This document shows positions 58,108-64,000 of a stretch of DNA of 64,000 nt, piece by piece. Below the pieces are notes generated by a model. It was not told the DNA's origin. It made no database searches and worked only from the letters and a program-made list of their open reading frames with translations. Within the stretch, counting starts at the first letter, position 1. Every line of letters begins with the position of its first letter. The stretch comes from Solirubrobacteraceae bacterium. Its GTDB lineage: Bacteria > Actinomycetota > Thermoleophilia > Solirubrobacterales > Solirubrobacteraceae. Position numbers and translations under genes: made by a program. The stretch lies in contig DATAXK010000025.1 of the NCBI GenBank assembly GCA_036266805.1, positions 54,497 to 118,496 on the forward strand, written 5' to 3'.

Positions 58108-59199
58108 TCAGGCGATCGCGGAGGGCTCTGCGATCGGGAGCGTGAACGCGAAGCGCGCACCTCCCTCGGGCCGGTTCTCCGCCCAGATACGACCGCCCTG
58201 CGCCTCCACGAAGCCTCGCGCTATGGCGAGCCCCAGCCCAGCGCCGCCGCTCGCGCGAGTACGCGAGGCATCGTCGCGCCAGAAACGCTCGAACATGCGT
58301 TGCTGGGCTTCCTTGCTGAGCCCGACGCCCGTGTCCTCGACCGATACCTCCAACTCACGATTGCGCCGTCTCGCCCTGACGAGCACCGAGCCGTCTGAAG
58401 GAGTGTGCCGCAGCGCGTTGGTCACGAGGTTCAAGAGCACACGTTGCACATGCTCAGGAGCGCAGCGAACGTCGGGCAAGGCGTCGTCGAGCTGACTCTC
58501 GAGGTGTACCTGCCGCGCTCGCGCGTCGGCCTCCAGGCCGCTCACGCAGTGAGAGACGAGCTGTGGGAGCTGGGCCTCACGGAGCTCGAGCGTGAGCGCT
58601 CCCGCATCGATGCGCGCGAGCTCGAACAGATCGTCGATCAGGCTTGCGAGTGTACGCGTCTGCTGGTGTAGCGCTGGCAGGTACTCGTCGATCGAAGCAA
58701 GACCATCCTCGACCGCTTCGAGCATCGCCTGAATCGAGGCTACCGGCGTACGCAGATCGTGACTCGCCCAGGCGACGAGCTGGCGACGCGCATCGAAGAG
58801 CGCCTCGATGTTTCCCGCCATCGCGTTGAAAGCCTCGCCGACGTGCGCGAGCTCGCGCGGCCCCTCAGTCGGAGCGCGAGCCTTCAGCTCCCCGCCGGAG
58901 AGCTCGTCGGCCGCCACCTCCAGTCCACGGATACGCCGCGCGATCTGCGCTCCGAGCAGCAACGCCGCGGCGAGCGCCGTCGAGGCCGAGGCTGCCGCCA
59001 CGGCCAGGATCTTCACGTCGTCGTGCATATGGAACATCACAAGACCACCCAGGATCACCGCCGCCAGCGGCAAGCCCACCGCCAGCAGCGCAAGTCCCAC
59101 GAGCTGCATGCGCACCGTCGGCAGCAGACGCAGGGCCAGGGCCAGCGCCACGCCCGCGACGAGCGTGCTCGAGGACACGATGAGCGCGAAAGCGATCAC
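58108..59199 (-). CDS. Sensor histidine kinase (HAMP-HisKA-HATPase)
   Basis: SHDLRTP, NLVTNALRH, DTGVG, GAGLGLAI; GTGA overlap with the regulator stop. Confidence 0.92.
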   Translation of the reverse strand: MIAFALIVSSSTLVAGVALALALRLLPTVRMQLVGLALLAVGLPLAAVILGGLVMFHMHDDVKILAVAAASASTALAAALLLGAQIARRIRGLEVAADELSGGELKARAPTEGPRELAHVGEAFNAMAGNIEALFDARRQLVAWASHDLRTPVASIQAMLEAVEDGLASIDEYLPALHQQTRTLASLIDDLFELARIDAGALTLELREAQLPQLVSHCVSGLEADARARQVHLESQLDDALPDVRCAPEHVQRVLLNLVTNALRHTPSDGSVLVRARRRNRELEVSVEDTGVGLSKEAQQRMFERFWRDDASRTRASGGAGLGLAIARGFVEAQGGRIWAENRPEGGARFAFTLPIAEPSAIA

Positions 59200-59876
59200 G
59201 GCGTGAACCTGTAGCCGACGCCGAAGACCGTCTCGAGGTGACGTGGACGCGAAGCATCCTCCTCGATCTTCTTGCGCAAGCGGCGAACATGGACCGTCAC
59301 CGTCCCCGTATCGAGGGCGGTCGTATATCCCCACACACGGTCCATCAGCTGATCGCGTGAGAACACCTGTCGCGGATTCGACACAAAGAACAGGAGCAGG
59401 TCCAGCTCCTTCAACGTTAGCTTGAGCGGCTCGCCGCCCTTGTGAGCCTCACGTGCCATCGGATCGATCACGACATCGCCAAAAGCGATCGTCTGCGCTC
59501 TGCCGACGATCGGCTGGACCGTGCGACGCATCAGCTTGCGAACTCGAACCGCAAGCTCCCTGGGCGAGAAAGGCTTGGTCAGATAGTCGTCAGCCCCGAG
59601 CTCCAAACCAACGATCCGATCGGCCTCCTCGCCGAGCGCCGTCAGCATCATGATCGGCACCTCCGAGCGCGAGCGGATCCAGCGGCACAGCTCGAGCCCG
59701 CTCACCCCCGGCAGCATCACGTCCAAAACGACCAGCGACGGCCACTCACGTTCCAAAAGGCTCCGTGCCTCATCGCCGGTGGCGGCCTCGAGTGTCCTGT
59801 GCCCGTCGCGCTCGAGGTAGCGCACGACCACGTCGCGCACGATCGGCTCGTCATCGACGACAAGGACGGTAGACAC
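59196..59876 (-). CDS. OmpR/PhoB family response regulator
   Basis: VVDDEP, LDVMLPG, GADDYLTKPFSPREL, VHVRRLRKKIE, ETVFGVGYRF. Confidence 0.94.
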   Translation of the reverse strand: MSTVLVVDDEPIVRDVVVRYLERDGHRTLEAATGDEARSLLEREWPSLVVLDVMLPGVSGLELCRWIRSRSEVPIMMLTALGEEADRIVGLELGADDYLTKPFSPRELAVRVRKLMRRTVQPIVGRAQTIAFGDVVIDPMAREAHKGGEPLKLTLKELDLLLFFVSNPRQVFSRDQLMDRVWGYTTALDTGTVTVHVRRLRKKIEEDASRPRHLETVFGVGYRFTP

Positions 59877-59981
59877 ACCGAAATTGTCGGCGGCAGAGAT
59901 TACGCACACCTTAAATCGAGCGTGCGACGCGCTCCTACCGTACGCGCCACTCTCCCCAGGTCGATCGACAAGCCGAGGGAC

Positions 59982-60755
59982 TCAAGCGACTCCTGGCGTG
60001 AAGCAAGTCGCCAGGCACTCAACTCCTGAGCCGACCTCGAGGCTGAGCATCCCCTGAGTATGGTGCTCGTGCTCGACCAGCTTGTATGCACCCGGGCTCT
60101 GGACGCTCAGCATCATCTCCTCGGTTGGCGCTCTCTTGCTGGTACCCGTGCCGACCGTCACCGTGCCCGATCCGTCGAGTACGGCCCAAACACTGCCGGC
60201 TTCGTAGGGGCCCGACCACGCGCCAGCTTGCTCCTCGGTTTGAGGCAGCAGTTGGGCATCGGCCGCGTCCTCCGGGCGCAGCGGCTCGAGTGGCTCGCGC
60301 TCTACGCCGAGTAGCTCTTGTATGGCCAGCTCGGTCTCTACGTAGGCACCCTCGCCGTAGTGGTAGTCGAAAAGGCGCGCATGCCCGTCGAACAGATAGC
60401 GCGCGGGCCAACCGCGGTTCTCGTACTCCTGCCAGACCTCGAACTCGCTGTCGATCAGCACCGGATGGGTTATTTCCAGGCGCTCGACGGCATTGCGCAC
60501 GGCCTGCTCGGGATGGGACGGCGCAAAGCCGGGACAGTGAACGCCGATCACACGCAAGCCGTCGGCGGCGTAGCGCTCGTGCCATGCCCTCACGTATGGG
60601 AGCGTCCTGATCGAGTTGGGTCGGCAGAAGTCCCAGAACTCGACCAGCATCGGCTGCCCGCGCTTGAGGATGCTCGCCTGCGCCCCGTTCGTGTTGACCC
60701 ACGGCAGTTTCGTGGGAAACAACGGTGCGGCGATGGTGTCGACTGGGGCGCGCAA
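59982..60755 (-). CDS. DipZ-like thioredoxin-fold protein with atypical active site
   Basis: VEFWDFCRPNSIRTLPY...GLRVIGVH...N.GWPA.YL...YGEG.Y...E.AIQELLG. Confidence 0.75.
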   Translation of the reverse strand: MRAPVDTIAAPLFPTKLPWVNTNGAQASILKRGQPMLVEFWDFCRPNSIRTLPYVRAWHERYAADGLRVIGVHCPGFAPSHPEQAVRNAVERLEITHPVLIDSEFEVWQEYENRGWPARYLFDGHARLFDYHYGEGAYVETELAIQELLGVEREPLEPLRPEDAADAQLLPQTEEQAGAWSGPYEAGSVWAVLDGSGTVTVGTGTSKRAPTEEMMLSVQSPGAYKLVEHEHHTQGMLSLEVGSGVECLATCFTPGVA

Positions 60756-60801
60756 CGCGGACGTGAGCTTCGCTGCCGGGCCGCGGGGTCCGGACGGCTG
60801 G

Positions 60802-62202
60802 TCAGCCTATGGAGCCGACCATCTCCAACTGAATCAAGCGGTTGAGCTCGACCGCGTACTCCATCGGCAGCTCCTTCGTCACCGGCTCGATGAAGCCGTT
60901 GACGATCATCGCCGCGGCCTCGTCCTCGGTGAAGCCGCGCGAGCCCATATAGAAGAGCTGGTCGTCAGAGATGCGCCCCACCGTTGCCTCGTGCGCGACC
61001 GCCACGTTGGGGTTCTGAATCTGAATGTCAGGCCAAGTGTCAGAGCGCGATTCGCCGTCCATCATCAGGCCGTCGCACTGCACGCGGGCCTTTGAGCCAG
61101 CGCTGTTGTGGCCCATCTTGACGAGGCCCCTGTAGCCCATGATCCCGCCGTCCTTGGAGATCGACTTGGCGAGAATATTCGAGGTGGTGTTGGGGGCCAG
61201 GTGCACGACCTTGGCGCCCGTGTCCTTGTGCACGCCCTTGCCGGCGACGCCCACGTTGAGATGGTCGGCGCGGGCGCCCTCGCCCATCAGGTAGGAGCCG
61301 GGGTAGAGCATCACGTACTTGGCGCCCATCGAGCCACCGACCCACTCGACTGTGCCCTCGGCGTCGACGACGGCGCGCTTGGTGTTGAGGTTGTAGACGT
61401 CCTTGGACCAGTTCTGCACAGTCGTGTAACGGGCCTTGGCGCCCTCGTGCACGAAGATCTCAACGACGGCGGAGTGCATCGAGTTGACGCTGTATGTCTG
61501 GGCGGTGCAACCCTCGATGTAGTTCACGTCCGAGCCCTCGTCGGCGATGATCAAGGTGTGCTCGAAGGTACCCTCGCCGGCGCCCTCCATGCGGAAGTAG
61601 GCCTGCAATGGCAGGTCCACCTTCACGCCCTTGGGCACGTACAGGAACGACCCGCCCGACCACACCGCGCCATGTAGCGCCGAGAACTTGTTGTCCTGTG
61701 GGGGCACGCACTTGTTCATAAAATACTTCTGCACGAGATCGGGATACTCGGTGATCGCGGTGTCCATCGAGCAGAACAGGATCCCGAGCTTGGCGTACTC
61801 TTCCTTCAGGCCCTCATACACGGGCTCCTGGCGCCACACGCCCACCACGCCGGCGAGGTGCTCGCGCTCGGCCTGGGGGATGCCGAGGTCCTCATAGGTC
61901 TGCTTCATCTCCTCGGGCACGTCGTCCCAGCTTTTGAAGCGCCCAGCGGTGGGGGGGGAGTAGAGCACCAGCTCGTCCAGGTTCAGGCCGCTGAGGTCCG
62001 GGCCCCACGTCGGCACCGGCTTGCGTTCGTAGATCTCAAGCGACTTGACACGCTTCTCGGCCATCCAGTCGGGCTCGCCCTTGACCTTGGAGAGCTCCCG
62101 CACCACCTCGCGCGAGATGCCTTTGCGCGCCAGCAGTTGCCCCTGCTCGTCCTCGACGATCGGGCTGGGCTTTGCGATCTTCGTCTGGTCTAGCGTCGCC
62201 AT
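60802..62202 (-). CDS. sufB: Fe-S cluster assembly scaffold SufB (divergent)
   Basis: SALHGAVWSGGSF, YIEGCT, TVQNWS..VYN, QCDGL, HEATVG, EYAVELNRLI. Confidence 0.9.
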   Translation of the reverse strand: MATLDQTKIAKPSPIVEDEQGQLLARKGISREVVRELSKVKGEPDWMAEKRVKSLEIYERKPVPTWGPDLSGLNLDELVLYSPPTAGRFKSWDDVPEEMKQTYEDLGIPQAEREHLAGVVGVWRQEPVYEGLKEEYAKLGILFCSMDTAITEYPDLVQKYFMNKCVPPQDNKFSALHGAVWSGGSFLYVPKGVKVDLPLQAYFRMEGAGEGTFEHTLIIADEGSDVNYIEGCTAQTYSVNSMHSAVVEIFVHEGAKARYTTVQNWSKDVYNLNTKRAVVDAEGTVEWVGGSMGAKYVMLYPGSYLMGEGARADHLNVGVAGKGVHKDTGAKVVHLAPNTTSNILAKSISKDGGIMGYRGLVKMGHNSAGSKARVQCDGLMMDGESRSDTWPDIQIQNPNVAVAHEATVGRISDDQLFYMGSRGFTEDEAAAMIVNGFIEPVTKELPMEYAVELNRLIQLEMVGSIG

Positions 62203-62340
62203 GGGGCTCCCTTTGTGAATCCTGTGCTCTGGACTAGGAATTGTATCGATGTCGGGGCTCGTGCCCGGAGGTCTGCGGCAAATTCTCTCGGTGGTGAGGA
62301 CTTCTTACGCGCTCGTGAACGGGGAGGGTGGGCTCGTCAA

Positions 62341-62730
62341 TCAAATCGATCCCACGGGCCAGCTGTTGTCGCCGGTGACGGCGCCCTTGACCACCTTCAA
62401 CCCGAGCAGTGCGCACTTGCGTCGCGTGGCCGACACTGGAATGCCAAGCAGGTCGATCGCCCAGTCGGCGTCGAGCTTGCCGACCTCCTCCAGATCCATG
62501 CCCATCAGCTCCTCGGATGCGATCGACGCCGAGGCTTGGGAGATCGCGCAGCCGTGGCCGTGGAAGCGCAGGTCCTCGATCTTTCCATCCTTGACACGGA
62601 TGTGTACGCCCAGCTCGTCGCCGCACAGCGGGTTGTGCTCGAGGCCCTCCATGTCGTGCGGGTCCAGCTCGCCGAAGTTGCGCGGGCGCTTGTAGTGATC
62701 GAGTATGTAATCGCGGTAGAGGTCGTCCAT
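62341..62730 (-). CDS. sufU: SufU/NifU-family protein
   Basis: ILDHYKRPRNFG, NPLCGD, GCAISQAS, RRKCA. Confidence 0.9.
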   Translation of the reverse strand: MDDLYRDYILDHYKRPRNFGELDPHDMEGLEHNPLCGDELGVHIRVKDGKIEDLRFHGHGCAISQASASIASEELMGMDLEEVGKLDADWAIDLLGIPVSATRRKCALLGLKVVKGAVTGDNSWPVGSI

Positions 62731-62849
62731 AAAGGGTGGTGTCTTTGTGGGTTGATGTTTTTGGATGGAAGGTCGTGCCGGTCGATGGTCGGTGGCAGTC
62801 GATGAAGTCCGTGATCGTTTGATCTACCTCGCGCGTGCCGCTTGGTCTT

Positions 62850-64000
62850 CTAGAGGCCGAACACCTTTATGCCCGCGATCAACGCGTCGATCAGGGCGTC
62901 CACGTCGCTTGGTTCGTTGTAGACGCCCACACTGGCGCGCGCGGTCGCTCCGACGCCCAGGCAGCGCATCAGCGGTTGCGCGCAGTGGTGCCCGGCGCGA
63001 ATGCACACGCCCCCGCGGTTGGCCAGCTCGGCGATGTCGTGGGCGTGCATGCCCTCGATCGTGAACGACACGAGGCCGCCGCGATTCACGGCCTCGGGCG
63101 GCCCGACGAAGCGCAGGCCCGGCACCTCTCCCAGACGATCGAGCATGTATCCGGTCAGCTCGCGCTCGTGCGCGCGGACCTGCTCCATCCCGAGCGCCGA
63201 CAGATAGTCGACGGCCGCCCCCAGCCCCACTGCCTCGGCGATCGGTGGCGTGCCCGCCTCGAACTTGTAGGGCAGCTCGTTCCAGGTGGCGTCGTCGAAG
63301 TCCACCGAGGCGATCATGTCGCCGCCGGTCAGGAACGGCTGCATCTCATCCAGGATCTCCGCGCGACCGTGCAACACGCCGATGCCGGTCGGCCCAAGCG
63401 CCTTGTGGCCGGTCCACGCGTAGAAGTCGGCGCCGAGCGCGTTGAGGTCCACCGGCATGTGCGGCACCGCCTGGGCGCCATCCACCAACGAAGTCGCGCC
63501 CGCGGCGCGGATGCGGGCGGTCATGTCCGCGACAGGCACGATCGTGCCGAGCACGTTCGAGACATGCGTGAACGCCACCAGCTTCACGTCGCCCCTCGCC
63601 AGCTCCCGGTCGAGCTGCTCGAGCGATAGCTCTCCACGCTCGTCCACCTCCAGGTAGCGCAGCTCGGCGCCGCGCTCGCGGCACAGCACCTGCCAGGGCA
63701 CGATGTTCGCGTGGTGCTCCATCTGGGTGATGAGCACCGCGTCGCCGGGTCCCACGTTGGCGCGGCCCCACGCGTAGGCAACGAGGTTGATTGCCTCGGT
63801 CACGTTCTTGGTGAAGATCGTCGTCTTCGGCTCCCAGTCGACGAATGCGGCGACCTTCTTGCGTGCGCCGTCGTAGGCGGCGTCGGCCTCCTGGGCGAGC
63901 GCGTACACGCCGCGGTGCACGTTCGCGTTGCGCTCGCGGTAGTAGGCGTTGATCGCCTCGATGACGGCCGTCGGCTTCTGCGAGGTGGCGCCCGAGTCGA
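62850..64000 (-). CDS. sufS: Cysteine desulfurase SufS, 5' end outside the window
   Basis: DSGATSQKP, NVHRG, MEHHAN, GHKALGP, RAGHHCAQPL (group II). Confidence 0.95.
   Translation of the reverse strand, partial: DSGATSQKPTAVIEAINAYYRERNANVHRGVYALAQEADAAYDGARKKVAAFVDWEPKTTIFTKNVTEAINLVAYAWGRANVGPGDAVLITQMEHHANIVPWQVLCRERGAELRYLEVDERGELSLEQLDRELARGDVKLVAFTHVSNVLGTIVPVADMTARIRAAGATSLVDGAQAVPHMPVDLNALGADFYAWTGHKALGPTGIGVLHGRAEILDEMQPFLTGGDMIASVDFDDATWNELPYKFEAGTPPIAEAVGLGAAVDYLSALGMEQVRAHERELTGYMLDRLGEVPGLRFVGPPEAVNRGGLVSFTIEGMHAHDIAELANRGGVCIRAGHHCAQPLMRCLGVGATARASVGVYNEPSDVDALIDALIAGIKVFGL

Noticed and set aside
62203-62340. Possible ncRNA between sufU and sufB
   Set aside because: No known motif or convincing stem recognised; likely a plain spacer with RBS

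Overview
High-GC (about 70% by eye) bacterial chromosome segment. Gene content and the style of the secreted proteins point to Actinomycetota, most likely Thermoleophilia/Solirubrobacterales (inference). Most of it is housekeeping: a thiolase end, cell-wall enzymes with a c-di-AMP riboswitch, a PspA/PspAA/PspAB/HtpX module, lgt-lysA-hom-thrC-thrB, ParA, an FHA protein, PBP, MarP, a GntR regulator with a YrbE/MlaE permease pair, topB-addB-addA, a SigB/F-type sigma with two anti-sigma-like genes, gltBD, an FMO, sufT, WS/DGAT, ispH, a two-component pair and sufS-sufU-sufB. I recognised no tRNA, rRNA, CRISPR array, integrase or transposase. Most notable signals: (1) three abutting perfect 24-bp GCATGC-centred palindromes inserted in frame in lysA; (2) a lower-GC, translationally coupled pair of giant secreted repeat proteins (1069 and 1176 aa) with Cys/Lys-rich tails; (3) a ~105-bp hairpin repeat with CTAG ends and copy-specific terminal inverted repeats on both sides of sufT; (4) a probable aGPT-pyrophosphorylase clade-3-like (HhH-fold) protein with a Zn-binding N-terminus; (5) an AddA-like helicase lacking its nuclease domain; (6) an orphan yrbEAB pair with a GntR operator over its -10. 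All family calls come from motif reading only; no database search was run.
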